This document shows, in pieces, positions 28,852 through 39,905 of a DNA stretch of 64,000 nt. The translations under genes were made by a program, and so were the position numbers. Where the stretch lies: NCBI RefSeq assembly GCF_003334765.1, contig NZ_QOWT01000002.1. One strand, given 5' to 3'. The notes under the pieces are model-generated. The model had not been told where the DNA came from. It did not search any database and was given only the letters and a program-made list of their open reading frames with translations. How positions within the stretch are numbered: the first letter of the stretch is position 1; every line of letters begins with the position of its first letter. The DNA comes from Escherichia coli. GTDB taxonomy: Bacteria > Pseudomonadota > Gammaproteobacteria > Enterobacterales > Enterobacteriaceae.

Positions 28852-30180
28852 ATGGAAAACGCTAAAATGAACTCGCTCATCGCCCAGTATCCGTTGGTAA
28901 AGGATCTGGTTGCTCTTAAAGAAACCACCTGGTTTAATCCTGGCACGACCTCATTGGCTGAAGGTTTACCTTATGTTGGCCTGACCGAACAGGATGTTCA
29001 GGACGCCCATGCGCGCTTATCCCGTTTTGCACCCTATCTGGCAAAAGCATTTCCTGAAACTGCTGCCACTGGGGGGATTATTGAATCAGAACTGGTTGCC
29101 ATTCCAGCTATGCAAAAACGGCTGGAAAAAGAATATCAGCAACCGATCAGCGGGCAACTGTTACTGAAAAAAGATAGCCATTTGCCCATTTCCGGCTCCA
29201 TAAAAGCACGCGGCGGGATTTATGAAGTCCTGGCACACGCAGAAAAACTGGCTCTGGAAGCGGGGTTGCTGACGCTTGATGATGACTACAGCAAACTGCT
29301 TTCTCCGGAGTTTAAACAGTTCTTTAGCCAATACAGCATTGCTGTGGGCTCAACCGGAAATCTGGGGTTATCAATCGGCATTATGAGCGCCCGCATTGGC
29401 TTTAAGGTGACAGTTCATATGTCTGCTGATGCCCGGGCATGGAAAAAAGCGAAACTGCGCAGCCATGGCGTTACGGTCGTGGAATATGAGCAAGATTATG
29501 GTGTTGCCGTCGAGGAAGGACGTAAAGCAGCGCAGTCTGACCCGAACTGTTTCTTTATTGATGACGAAAATTCCCGCACGTTGTTCCTTGGGTATTCCGT
29601 CGCTGGCCAGCGTCTTAAAGCGCAATTTGCCCAGCAAGGCCGTATCGTCGATGCTGATAACCCTCTGTTTGTCTATCTGCCGTGTGGTGTTGGCGGTGGT
29701 CCTGGTGGCGTCGCATTCGGGCTTAAACTGGCGTTTGGCGATCATGTTCACTGCTTTTTTGCCGAACCAACGCACTCCCCTTGTATGTTGTTAGGCGTCC
29801 ATACAGGATTACACGATCAGATTTCTGTTCAGGATATTGGTATCGACAACCTTACCGCAGCGGATGGCCTTGCAGTTGGTCGCGCATCAGGCTTTGTCGG
29901 GCGGGCAATGGAGCGTCTGCTGGATGGCTTCTATACCCTTAGCGATCAAACCATGTATGACATGCTTGGCTGGCTGGCGCAGGAAGAAGGTATTCGTCTT
30001 GAACCTTCGGCACTGGCGGGTATGGCCGGACCTCAGCGCGTGTGTGCATCAGTAAGTTACCAACAGATGCACGGTTTCAGCGCAGAACAACTGCGTAATA
30101 CCACTCATCTGGTGTGGGCGACGGGAGGTGGAATGGTGCCGGAAGAAGAGATGAATCAATATCTGGCAAAAGGCCGTTAA
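28852..30180 (+). CDS. dsdA: D-serine dehydratase (ammonia-lyase) DsdA
   Basis: 442 aa; PLP lysine motif SGSIKARGG; recognised. Confidence 0.95.
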   Translation: MENAKMNSLIAQYPLVKDLVALKETTWFNPGTTSLAEGLPYVGLTEQDVQDAHARLSRFAPYLAKAFPETAATGGIIESELVAIPAMQKRLEKEYQQPISGQLLLKKDSHLPISGSIKARGGIYEVLAHAEKLALEAGLLTLDDDYSKLLSPEFKQFFSQYSIAVGSTGNLGLSIGIMSARIGFKVTVHMSADARAWKKAKLRSHGVTVVEYEQDYGVAVEEGRKAAQSDPNCFFIDDENSRTLFLGYSVAGQRLKAQFAQQGRIVDADNPLFVYLPCGVGGGPGGVAFGLKLAFGDHVHCFFAEPTHSPCMLLGVHTGLHDQISVQDIGIDNLTAADGLAVGRASGFVGRAMERLLDGFYTLSDQTMYDMLGWLAQEEGIRLEPSALAGMAGPQRVCASVSYQQMHGFSAEQLRNTTHLVWATGGGMVPEEEMNQYLAKGR

Positions 30181-30287
30181 TAACGTTTCAACGCAGCATC
30201 GCAATCCTTTCCCTGGGTGAGCGATGCTGCCGATGGCGCAGACTTAAGATCCCCGGTCTTACCCGCTATAACCCCCTCCTTTTATCA

Positions 30288-31826
30288 TCACCCAACGCCT
30301 TTCGCTGTAAACGGCGGTTTCGCAAACCAAACCAAAACCGTAAGTAAGATAAAAGCAATAGCCGCCATACGGAAAATCTCATTTGCAGAAATAGAAAGTG
30401 ACTGCTGGGTTATTTCATTATTAATTTCATTAAGAACTCCTGAAAGCGAACCATAATATTTATCCATAATTTGTGACGATGAATTAAACACGGGGTTAAA
30501 TTGATCGATGGTTGCTGTCAACTGACTATGGTGTAACGATTCGCGTCGTCCCCACAGCGTCATTGTCAACGACGTACCAACTGATCCTGACAAGGTACGA
30601 AAAAAATTACTCATACTCGAGGCATTGGCAAATTTATTATCTGGCAAGCCTGAAAACGAAATCGTTGTTAAGGGTAAAAAGAAACAGGCAACGGCGAATC
30701 CCTGAAAAAACTGCGGCAAAATGATGCCTGTAAAATCAATCGTTGGCATAAATGTCACAGAACGCCAGTAATAGCAAACCGCATACATCAAAAAACTAAA
30801 TGTCACTAACAACCGCATGTCTATTTTGTTGCCATAACGTCCTATCAAAGGTGAAATTAATAGTGGCATGATGCCGATGGGCGCATAAGCAAGTCCGGCC
30901 CATATCGCATTATACCCCATCGTTTCCTGGAGTAACTGCGGCATAAGGACGATCGCTCCAGAGTAAAATAAATACGCGCATGTGATACTCACAATACCAA
31001 TGGTGAAGTTACGGGACTTAAACAAACTGAGATCAAGAATCGGGTTCTCTGAGGTCGACTCCCAAATGACTAAAGAGATCAGAGAAATAACTGATACTAC
31101 TGTTAATATTATTATTGTACTCGAGTTGAACCAATCCAGATCGCGCCCTTTATCAAGCATAATTTGCAAGCCACCAACACCGAGCACTAACAGGGTCAGT
31201 CCTGGTAGATTCATTTTGACCGGTGAAGTCTCAGTTTCTCTTCCTTTAAGTAAGGTTAAGCATAATGTCAGGACGATAATCCCCATAGGGACATTGATTA
31301 AAAATATCCAACCCCAGCTAAAGTTATCACAAATATAACCGCCCAATATCGGCCCACATATCGGAGCGATAATCACGGTCATTGACCATAATGCCAGAGC
31401 AAATGTTCTTTTTTCTGGCGGATAATTCCTTAATAATAAACTCTGTGACAGTGGAATTAACGGCCCCGCCATTAACCCCTGAACGACTCTAAAAAATATC
31501 AGCACATCAAGATTGGTCGATAGGCTACACATTAATGAAGACAGCGAAAAAAAAGTGACTGAAAGTAAAAATAATCTTAATTCGCCTATTCTTTGTGCCA
31601 ACCTGCCAGTAACAGGGATCGCAATGGCATTTGCTACACCAAACGAGGTGATAACCCAGGTGCCTTCGTCTGTTGATGCTCCCAGAAAGCCAGATATTGT
31701 CGGTATTGCGACGTTAGAAATAGTGGAATCCAACATTTGCATAAATGTCGCTAATGACAATGCAATAGTGACGCACCATAACGTCCCACCGGTTAATGGT
31801 GCCGGAGTTGATTTAGTGATTGCCAT
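30288..31826 (-). CDS. emrY: MFS multidrug efflux pump EmrY
   Basis: 512 aa, 14-TM MFS; start overlaps emrK stop. Confidence 0.9.
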   Translation of the reverse strand: MAITKSTPAPLTGGTLWCVTIALSLATFMQMLDSTISNVAIPTISGFLGASTDEGTWVITSFGVANAIAIPVTGRLAQRIGELRLFLLSVTFFSLSSLMCSLSTNLDVLIFFRVVQGLMAGPLIPLSQSLLLRNYPPEKRTFALALWSMTVIIAPICGPILGGYICDNFSWGWIFLINVPMGIIVLTLCLTLLKGRETETSPVKMNLPGLTLLVLGVGGLQIMLDKGRDLDWFNSSTIIILTVVSVISLISLVIWESTSENPILDLSLFKSRNFTIGIVSITCAYLFYSGAIVLMPQLLQETMGYNAIWAGLAYAPIGIMPLLISPLIGRYGNKIDMRLLVTFSFLMYAVCYYWRSVTFMPTIDFTGIILPQFFQGFAVACFFLPLTTISFSGLPDNKFANASSMSNFFRTLSGSVGTSLTMTLWGRRESLHHSQLTATIDQFNPVFNSSSQIMDKYYGSLSGVLNEINNEITQQSLSISANEIFRMAAIAFILLTVLVWFAKPPFTAKGVG

Positions 31827-32989
31827 TAAAGTTGTCCATTATGCGAAATAATGTTGCTAATTTCTTTTTCTATCGGACTGGTATCGATAACTAAAGCCTT
31901 ACTGGTATAAGCCGGCATGGAGGTCACGGTTGAAGCCAGCTCAGGCATCTCGGCAATGTCTTCGTTCTTCGTATCAATAGTTGCTGTCATCGATAAACCA
32001 ATACGCAAGGGGTGTTCCATGAGTTCTTTTGGATCAAGAGAAACTTCAACCGGTACACGCTGAACGATTTTGATCCAGTTCCCTGTCGCATTTTGTGCAG
32101 GTAATAAGGAGAACGCATTGCCGGTTCCCATATTGATCCCTGTCACCCGACCATGAAACACAACATTTTCACCATAAAGATCGCTGATAATATTGACCGA
32201 TTGACCAATCCGTACATCCGTGAGTTGTGTTTCTTTAAAGTTGGCATTAACCCACATTTGACGTGCCGGTACGACAGCCATTAACGATTGTCCGGGGCTC
32301 ACTGTTTCGCCGACCTGAACACTTCTCTGGGCAATATAGCCGGTAACCGGACTCTTAATATCCGTACGTTTAAGCGCCAACCAGGCTTCTTTAGTTGCAT
32401 CCGCCGCTTCAACGACTTGTGGCTGACGGTTTAATGGTGTGTTCATTACTAAAGCTTTATTCGCTTTATAAGCCTGGATAGCGGCATTCAATGCCGCTTT
32501 GCTACTTATTAACGTATCTTTGGTATGCTCCAGCGTTTCTTTTGAAATAACCCCCTGCTTCGCTAACGGCACTCGACGGTTATAATCTTCTAAAGATTGT
32601 TGATACTGAATACGTGCTGAAGCGACTTCGGCACTGTATTGTTTATCCTGTAAGTATAGTTTATTCGTTTGCCGAACAATATTTGCCAGATTATTTTTAG
32701 CTTTATTGAGTGCGATAGTGGCATCAGTTTTATCCAGTGAAACTAAAATGTCACCTTGTCGAACGTAGTTCGTATCTTTATGATTAACGACAGTGACACT
32801 ACCTGAGACTTGTGCAGAAATTGGATCTGCATTCCCCGTGACATAGGCGTCATCTGTACTAATCATGTCTTCTAATTCCATTGACCAATAGGCATAGGCA
32901 CCTGAAAACGCAATAAATAAAACTACCGCCAATAAAGAAAAGTATTTTCTTCTGTTAGAATGTTTTTTATTTGAATTAATCTGTTCCAC
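31826..32989 (-). CDS. emrK: Membrane fusion (periplasmic adaptor) protein EmrK
   Basis: 387 aa, single N-terminal TM then coiled-coil/lipoyl domains. Confidence 0.9.
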   Translation of the reverse strand: MEQINSNKKHSNRRKYFSLLAVVLFIAFSGAYAYWSMELEDMISTDDAYVTGNADPISAQVSGSVTVVNHKDTNYVRQGDILVSLDKTDATIALNKAKNNLANIVRQTNKLYLQDKQYSAEVASARIQYQQSLEDYNRRVPLAKQGVISKETLEHTKDTLISSKAALNAAIQAYKANKALVMNTPLNRQPQVVEAADATKEAWLALKRTDIKSPVTGYIAQRSVQVGETVSPGQSLMAVVPARQMWVNANFKETQLTDVRIGQSVNIISDLYGENVVFHGRVTGINMGTGNAFSLLPAQNATGNWIKIVQRVPVEVSLDPKELMEHPLRIGLSMTATIDTKNEDIAEMPELASTVTSMPAYTSKALVIDTSPIEKEISNIISHNGQL

Positions 32990-33162
32990 TATTATCTCTC
33001 ATTTCTCATAGATGAAATTTATGAATTGAATGAAAAGAGCATTCATTCTTCATATCAAACACAGTGCATGTGTTGCACATTATCCCAGGAACGTTGGAGG
33101 CCTAATTTAAATGAGGTGCAAAAAAAACAACAGAGGACTAAACCGTGGCTTTTGCAATACAA

Positions 33163-33189
33163 TTCTTACGCCTGTAGGATTAGTAAGAA
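33163..33189. promoter_or_regulatory. EvgA-box-like inverted repeat TTCTTAC-N13-GTAAGAA in emrK-evgA intergenic region
   Basis: Perfect 7-bp inverted repeat arms; recalled EvgA binding region. Confidence 0.4.
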
Positions 33190-33404
33190 GACTTATAGTG
33201 CCAACTTGAAACTATAAATCATCGGTACAATCCCTGATTTTATTGTTGACATTTCATTTATGCCGACTATTTATATGGTATACTTGTCGAATTATCTTAA
33301 AGGAAGCTCAGATTTTCTTATTTTTATTGAGAAAATGAGATGACGCCTTATGTCTGTATTACTACAGGGAGAAGGGAGATGCTTCATTGCAAAGGGAATA
33401 ATCT

Positions 33405-34019
33405 ATGAACGCAATAATTATTGATGACCATCCTCTTGCTATCGCAGCAATTCGTAATTTATTGATCAAAAACGATATTGAAATCTTAGCAGAGTTGACT
33501 GAAGGCGGAAGTGCCGTTCAGCGGGTGGAAACACTTAAGCCTGATATCGTCATCATTGATGTCGATATCCCCGGAGTTAACGGTATCCAGGTGTTAGAAA
33601 CGCTGAGGAAGCGCCAATATAGCGGAATTATTATTATCGTCTCCGCTAAAAATGACCATTTTTACGGGAAACATTGTGCTGATGCTGGCGCTAATGGTTT
33701 CGTGAGTAAAAAAGAAGGCATGAACAATATCATTGCGGCTATTGAAGCTGCAAAAAATGGCTACTGCTATTTCCCCTTCTCTCTCAACCGGTTTGTTGGA
33801 AGTTTAACGTCCGACCAGCAAAAACTCGACTCCTTATCGAAACAAGAAATTAGTGTCATGCGGTATATTCTTGATGGCAAGGATAATAATGACATTGCTG
33901 AAAAAATGTTCATCAGCAACAAAACTGTCAGCACTTATAAAAGTCGCCTGATGGAAAAATTAGAATGTAAATCACTGATGGATCTTTACACATTCGCACA
34001 ACGTAACAAAATCGGCTAA
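33405..34019 (+). CDS. evgA: Response regulator EvgA (REC plus LuxR-type HTH)
   Basis: 204 aa; recognised. Confidence 0.95.
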   Translation: MNAIIIDDHPLAIAAIRNLLIKNDIEILAELTEGGSAVQRVETLKPDIVIIDVDIPGVNGIQVLETLRKRQYSGIIIIVSAKNDHFYGKHCADAGANGFVSKKEGMNNIIAAIEAAKNGYCYFPFSLNRFVGSLTSDQQKLDSLSKQEISVMRYILDGKDNNDIAEKMFISNKTVSTYKSRLMEKLECKSLMDLYTFAQRNKIG

Positions 34020-34023
34020 CCAC

Positions 34024-37000
34024 ATGAAGTTTTTACCCTATATTTTTCTTCTCTGTTGTGGTCTTTGGTCGACCATAAGTTTCGCAGACGAAGATTACAT
34101 CGAATATCGTGGCATCAGTAGTAACAACCGTGTCACACTTGATCCACTACGTCTGAGCAACAAGGAATTACGTTGGTTAGCGAGCAAAAAAAATCTTGTG
34201 ATTGCAGTACATAAGTCCCAAACGGCTACGTTGTTGCATACCGATTCGCAGCAACGGGTTCGTGGTATTAATGCTGATTATTTAAATCTTTTAAAAAGAG
34301 CGTTAAATATCAAATTAACACTCCGGGAATACGCAGATCATCAAAAAGCAATGGACGCGCTTGCAGAAGGTGAAGTCGATATAGTGTTATCACATTTAGT
34401 TACTTCGCCGCCTCTTAATAATGACATTGCTGCAACCAAACCATTGATAATTACCTTTCCGGCGCTGGTAACCACCCTTCACGACTCAATGCGACCGCTT
34501 ACCTCACCAAAACCAGTAAATATTGCTCGGGTAGCAAATTACCCCCCAGATGAGGTAATTCATCAATCATTTCCAAAAGCAACAATTATCTCTTTTACAA
34601 ATTTATATCAGGCATTAGCATCCGTCTCAGCTGGGCACAATGATTACTTTATTGGTAGTAACATCATTACCAGCAGTATGATTTCCCGCTATTTCACTCA
34701 CTCCTTAAATGTAGTGAAATATTATAACTCGCCGCGTCAATATAATTTTTTCTTGACCAGAAAAGAATCTGTCATTCTTAATGAAGTACTCAATAGATTT
34801 GTTGATGCTTTAACAAATGAAGTTCGCTATGAAGTATCACAAAATTGGCTTGATACAGGAAACCTGGCCTTTCTGAACAAACCATTAGAACTCACTGAAC
34901 ATGAAAAACAGTGGATTAAGCAGCATCCCAATTTAAAGGTGCTGGAAAATCCTTACTCGCCCCCCTATTCTATGACGGATGAAAATGGCTCGGTTCGGGG
35001 CGTTATGGGGGACATTCTTAATATTATTACCTTGCAAACAGGTTTAAATTTTTCTCCGATCACCGTTTCACACAATATCCATGCTGGAACACAGCTTAGC
35101 CCCGGAGGATGGGATATAATACCTGGCGCTATTTATAGTGAAGATCGAGAAAATAATGTTTTATTTGCTGAAGCCTTCATAACAACGCCTTACGTTTTTG
35201 TCATGCAAAAAGCGCCTGACAGTGAACAAACATTAAAAAAAGGAATGAAAGTTGCCATTCCATATTATTATGAGCTGCATTCGCAATTAAAAGAGATGTA
35301 TCCGGAGGTTGAATGGATACAGGTCGATAATGCCAGCGCTGCATTTCACAAGGTTAAGGAAGGTGAACTTGATGCTCTGGTCGCGACACAGCTAAATTCG
35401 CGTTACATGATCGATCATTACTATCCTAATGAACTTTATCATTTTCTTATTCCTGGCGTTCCGAATGCATCGCTTTCGTTCGCTTTTCCTCGCGGAGAAC
35501 CGGAACTTAAGGATATTATTAATAAAGCACTGAATGCAATTCCCCCAAGCGAAGTTCTGCGCCTGACGGAAAAATGGATTAAAATGCCCAATGTGACCAT
35601 TGACACATGGGACCTATATAGCGAGCAATTTTATATTGTTACGACATTATCCGTTTTATTAGTTGGCAGTAGCCTTTTATGGGGATTCTACCTGTTACGC
35701 TCAGTTCGTCGTCGTAAAGTCATTCAGGGTGATTTAGAAAACCAAATATCATTCCGAAAAGCACTCTCGGATTCCTTACCGAATCCAACTTATGTTGTAA
35801 ACTGGCAAGGTAATGTCATTAGTCATAATAGTGCTTTTGAACATTATTTCACTGCGGATTACTACAAAAATGCAATGTTACCATTAGAAAACAGTGACTC
35901 ACCCTTTAAAGATGTTTTTTCTAATGCGCATGAAGTCACAGCAGAAACGAAAGAAAATCGAACAATATACACACAGGTATTTGAAATTGATAATGGCATC
36001 GAGAAAAGATGCATTAATCACTGGCATACATTATGCAATCTTCCTGCAAGTGACAATGCAGTATATATTTGTGGTTGGCAAGATATTACTGAAACGCGTG
36101 ATCTAATTAATGCACTCGAGGTAGAAAAAAATAAAGCGATAAAGGCTACCGTAGCAAAAAGTCAGTTTCTGGCAACGATGAGTCACGAAATAAGAACACC
36201 AATAAGCTCTATTATGGGCTTCCTGGAACTTCTGTCGGGTTCTGGTCTTAGCAAGGAGCAACGGGTGGAGGCGATTTCACTTGCCTACGCCACCGGACAA
36301 TCACTCCTCGGCTTAATTGGTGAAATCCTTGATGTCGACAAAATTGAATCGGGTAACTATCAACTTCAACCACAATGGGTCGATATCCCTACTTTAGTCC
36401 AGAACACTTGTCACTCTTTCGGTGCGATTGCTGCAAGCAAATCGATCGCATTAAGTTGCAGCAGTACGTTTCCTGAACATTACCTGGTTAAGATCGACCC
36501 TCAGGCGTTTAAGCAGGTCTTATCAAATTTACTGAGTAATGCTCTCAAATTTACCACCGAGGGGGCAGTAAAAATTACGACCTCCCTGGGTCACATTGAT
36601 GACAACCACGCTGTTATCAAAATGACGATTATGGATTCTGGAAGTGGATTATCGCAGGAAGAACAACAACAACTGTTTAAACGCTACAGCCAAACAAGTG
36701 CAGGTCGTCAGCAAACAGGTTCTGGTTTAGGCTTAATGATCTGCAAAGAATTAATTAAAAATATGCAGGGCGATTTGTCATTAGAAAGTCATCCAGGCAT
36801 AGGAACAACATTTACGATCACAATCCCGGTAGAAATTAGCCAGCAAGTGGCGACTGTCGAGGCAAAAGCAGAACAACCCATCACACTACCTGAAAAGTTG
36901 AGCATATTAATCGCGGATGATCATCCGACCAACAGGCTATTACTCAAACGCCAGCTAAATCTATTAGGATATGATGTTGATGAAGCCACTGATGGTGTGC

Positions 37001-37617
37001 AAGCGCTACACAAAGTCAGTATGCAACATTATGATCTGCTTATTACTGACGTTAATATGCCGAATATGGATGGTTTTGAGTTGACTCGCAAACTCCGTGA
37101 GCAAAATTCTTCCTTACCCATCTGGGGGCTTACAGCCAACGCACAGGCTAACGAACGTGAAAAAGGGTTAAGTTGCGGCATGAACTTATGTTTGTTCAAA
37201 CCGTTGACCCTGGATGTACTGAAAACACATTTAAGTCAGTTACACCAAGTTGCGCATATTGCACCTCAGTATCGCCACCTTGATATCGAAGCCCTGAAAA
37301 ATAATACGGCGAACGATCTACAACTGATGCAGGAGATTCTCATGACTTTCCAGCATGAAACGCATAAAGATCTACCCGCTGCGTTTCAAGCACTAGAAGC
37401 TGGCGATAACAGAACTTTCCATCAGTGTATTCATCGCATCCACGGTGCGGCTAACATCCTGAATTTGCAAAAGTTGATTAATATTAGCCATCAGTTAGAA
37501 ATAACACCTGTTTCAGATGACAGTAAGCCTGAAATTCTTCAGTTGCTGAACTCTGTAAAAGAACACATTGCAGAGCTGGACCAGGAGATTGCTGTTTTCT
37601 GTCAGAAAAATGACTAA
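34024..37617 (+). CDS. evgS: Hybrid sensor histidine kinase EvgS
   Basis: 1197 aa; periplasmic domains, H-box SHEIRTP, ATPase, REC and HPt domains. Confidence 0.95.
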   Translation: MKFLPYIFLLCCGLWSTISFADEDYIEYRGISSNNRVTLDPLRLSNKELRWLASKKNLVIAVHKSQTATLLHTDSQQRVRGINADYLNLLKRALNIKLTLREYADHQKAMDALAEGEVDIVLSHLVTSPPLNNDIAATKPLIITFPALVTTLHDSMRPLTSPKPVNIARVANYPPDEVIHQSFPKATIISFTNLYQALASVSAGHNDYFIGSNIITSSMISRYFTHSLNVVKYYNSPRQYNFFLTRKESVILNEVLNRFVDALTNEVRYEVSQNWLDTGNLAFLNKPLELTEHEKQWIKQHPNLKVLENPYSPPYSMTDENGSVRGVMGDILNIITLQTGLNFSPITVSHNIHAGTQLSPGGWDIIPGAIYSEDRENNVLFAEAFITTPYVFVMQKAPDSEQTLKKGMKVAIPYYYELHSQLKEMYPEVEWIQVDNASAAFHKVKEGELDALVATQLNSRYMIDHYYPNELYHFLIPGVPNASLSFAFPRGEPELKDIINKALNAIPPSEVLRLTEKWIKMPNVTIDTWDLYSEQFYIVTTLSVLLVGSSLLWGFYLLRSVRRRKVIQGDLENQISFRKALSDSLPNPTYVVNWQGNVISHNSAFEHYFTADYYKNAMLPLENSDSPFKDVFSNAHEVTAETKENRTIYTQVFEIDNGIEKRCINHWHTLCNLPASDNAVYICGWQDITETRDLINALEVEKNKAIKATVAKSQFLATMSHEIRTPISSIMGFLELLSGSGLSKEQRVEAISLAYATGQSLLGLIGEILDVDKIESGNYQLQPQWVDIPTLVQNTCHSFGAIAASKSIALSCSSTFPEHYLVKIDPQAFKQVLSNLLSNALKFTTEGAVKITTSLGHIDDNHAVIKMTIMDSGSGLSQEEQQQLFKRYSQTSAGRQQTGSGLGLMICKELIKNMQGDLSLESHPGIGTTFTITIPVEISQQVATVEAKAEQPITLPEKLSILIADDHPTNRLLLKRQLNLLGYDVDEATDGVQALHKVSMQHYDLLITDVNMPNMDGFELTRKLREQNSSLPIWGLTANAQANEREKGLSCGMNLCLFKPLTLDVLKTHLSQLHQVAHIAPQYRHLDIEALKNNTANDLQLMQEILMTFQHETHKDLPAAFQALEAGDNRTFHQCIHRIHGAANILNLQKLINISHQLEITPVSDDSKPEILQLLNSVKEHIAELDQEIAVFCQKND

Positions 37618-37672
37618 ATAGCGGCTCCCACAATGTTCAAATGTGGGAGCTATTTACCAGCACATCTTACAT

Positions 37673-38818
37673 TTATGATGAGAACTCCTGGCGAATTTGT
37701 TCCCCATGCTGGTCGAGCGTTGCCGCTCCCGGCATAACATGCGGGTCCGCGCAGCCGCTGATTTTTATCGGATTACCCGGCATCATTATTCCCCCGGCTT
37801 CAATCAACATATTTCTCGCCTGAGTTTGTGGCAATTTAATGGCCTCAGCCACACTTAATAACGGCGCGACGGGTACACCAACTTCATGTATTCTGGCTAA
37901 CCAAACTTCAGCTGCCTGCGTTTTTAACGTCCGCTCAATATATTGTTTAAGAATAGCCTGGTTTTGTACGCGTAAAATATTGCTGCTAAATCGGGGATCA
38001 TTAACCAGTTCCGTAAGCTCCAGTGCCTGGCATAACGCAGAAAAAAGCTTGTCATTACCACAACAAATCGTAATCGGCTTATCCTGAGTATTGAAAACAT
38101 CAAAAGGTGCCATGTAGGGATGGCGATTTCCCAGACGTTGTGGTGACTTCCCAGTTGCGATATATGCCATCAGACCATGCTCCAGAAAACTCAGCGTGGC
38201 ATCAAACATCGCTATATCGACATGCGCCCCTCTCTGGCTCTTTTCGCGGCCATAAAGTGCACTCACTATTCCGCTGAATAAATAGACACCGCCGCATAGA
38301 TCCGCAAGAGATGTACCAACGCGCACTGGCGGAGCATCAGGATATCCTGTTTCCATCATTATCCCGCTCATTGCCTGAATGATGGTATCGTAGGCAGGAG
38401 CATCTTTTAGCGGACCGGTATGTCCGAAACCTGACGATGAAGCATATATGAGGCGCGGGTTGATTTCTTGAAGCGTTTCCCATGAAAACCCCAGTTTTTC
38501 CATTGTACCTGGGCGAAAATTCTCAGCTAATACATCAGCTTGTTTGAGCATATTTATAAATATACTTTTATCGTGATCATTCTTTAAATCAAGAACCACA
38601 CTCTCTTTGCCATGATTAATAAAACTGTAATAGAGTGACTGTCCATCCACATAGGGACCAAATGTGCGGGTATCATCACCATGACCCGGCGGCTCAACTT
38701 TAATTACCCTTGCGCCCATATTACAAAGAAGTTGAGTTCCGAAAGGTCCATTAAGGACATGTGTCATATCGATAACTAATAAGCCTTCAAACGGCCCTTT
38801 GCTTTCATTATTTGTCAT
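37673..38818 (-). CDS. yfdE: Acetyl-CoA:oxalate CoA-transferase YfdE (family III CoA-transferase)
   Basis: Recognised; ORF 37673..38857, start probably MTNNESKGPFEGL. Confidence 0.9.
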   Translation of the reverse strand: MTNNESKGPFEGLLVIDMTHVLNGPFGTQLLCNMGARVIKVEPPGHGDDTRTFGPYVDGQSLYYSFINHGKESVVLDLKNDHDKSIFINMLKQADVLAENFRPGTMEKLGFSWETLQEINPRLIYASSSGFGHTGPLKDAPAYDTIIQAMSGIMMETGYPDAPPVRVGTSLADLCGGVYLFSGIVSALYGREKSQRGAHVDIAMFDATLSFLEHGLMAYIATGKSPQRLGNRHPYMAPFDVFNTQDKPITICCGNDKLFSALCQALELTELVNDPRFSSNILRVQNQAILKQYIERTLKTQAAEVWLARIHEVGVPVAPLLSVAEAIKLPQTQARNMLIEAGGIMMPGNPIKISGCADPHVMPGAATLDQHGEQIRQEFSS

Positions 38819-38891
38819 TTGCTTATGCCTTGAAAAAAGCCGAAGGTGAAAAGACACTTCGGCATTTATGTAAAATCAATAACATGATTAA

Positions 38892-39836
38892 TTATGAAAC
38901 CAGTCGACTGACATAAATCCACAAGGGAGCCGTGACGACAAAGCCCAGTACGCTCACAGCCAATGACGCTGTACCAGTACGGGTGTAGACATTAAACCGG
39001 CTGGCAATAATGATTCCGGAGAATGCCGGCGGTAATGCGCCTGCCAGTACCATCATCTGCAGATGTTCGCTGTTCAAATGACATGCCATACCAACGAGAA
39101 GCAGTGCCAGTGGCATCAGAATCAGCTTCAGGAAGGTGTTATAAGCAATTTCGGCACTGAACTCGAATTTATGTGCAGCCAGAGTCAACCCCGCAGCGAA
39201 TACCGCTACCCCTGAGTTAGCCTTCGCAATCAGATTAAAGGTTGGGTCCCATGCTGCCGGAATTTTTACCCCAACCAACACCAGGATCGTTGCCAGAACA
39301 GGTGCCCATACTACTGGCTCCTTTGCCGCAGAAATTAATGCGCTCAGATTACTATTCTTCTTACCATCCGCTCCTGAAGAAGGATTCAGCAAATACAGAC
39401 CAATAGGAATAGTAATTGCGTTAACAATAATAGAAATAATTGCTACCACTAAACCTGTTGATACGGAATCACCATAAATAGGATCGAGAACTGCAAACCC
39501 CAGGAATCCAATGGTAGGTGAACCTGCAATTAATGCACATACAGCTGCTTCTGCATGGGTACGTTTAAAAAATTTGTAGCAACCGAACCAGGAGAAAAAG
39601 AAACATCCGACAATAACCACAAGTGATACAAGGGTCAGACGAGTGTCCGCAAAAATCATTTCCCTGTTTGCCCGAGTAATAGATACAAATAGAGCCGCAG
39701 GAAGCGCGTAGTTTAATACCAGTTTATTAAATGCCCGAGCTTGATCTTCTGAAAATGTTTCTCGTCTGCCGCTAAAATAACCCAACAGCATGATTACGAT
39801 AATAGGCAATAAATCGCCAATAAAAAATGTTAGCAT
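38892..39836 (-). CDS. yfdV: Putative transporter YfdV (AEC family)
   Basis: 314 aa polytopic membrane protein; synteny. Confidence 0.85.
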
Positions 39837-39905
39837 AATAGTATTTCCGATAAGGGTCCCCTCACCATCGCATAATGAGTTGGCAAGAGGAGACGATGTC
39901 AGTAT

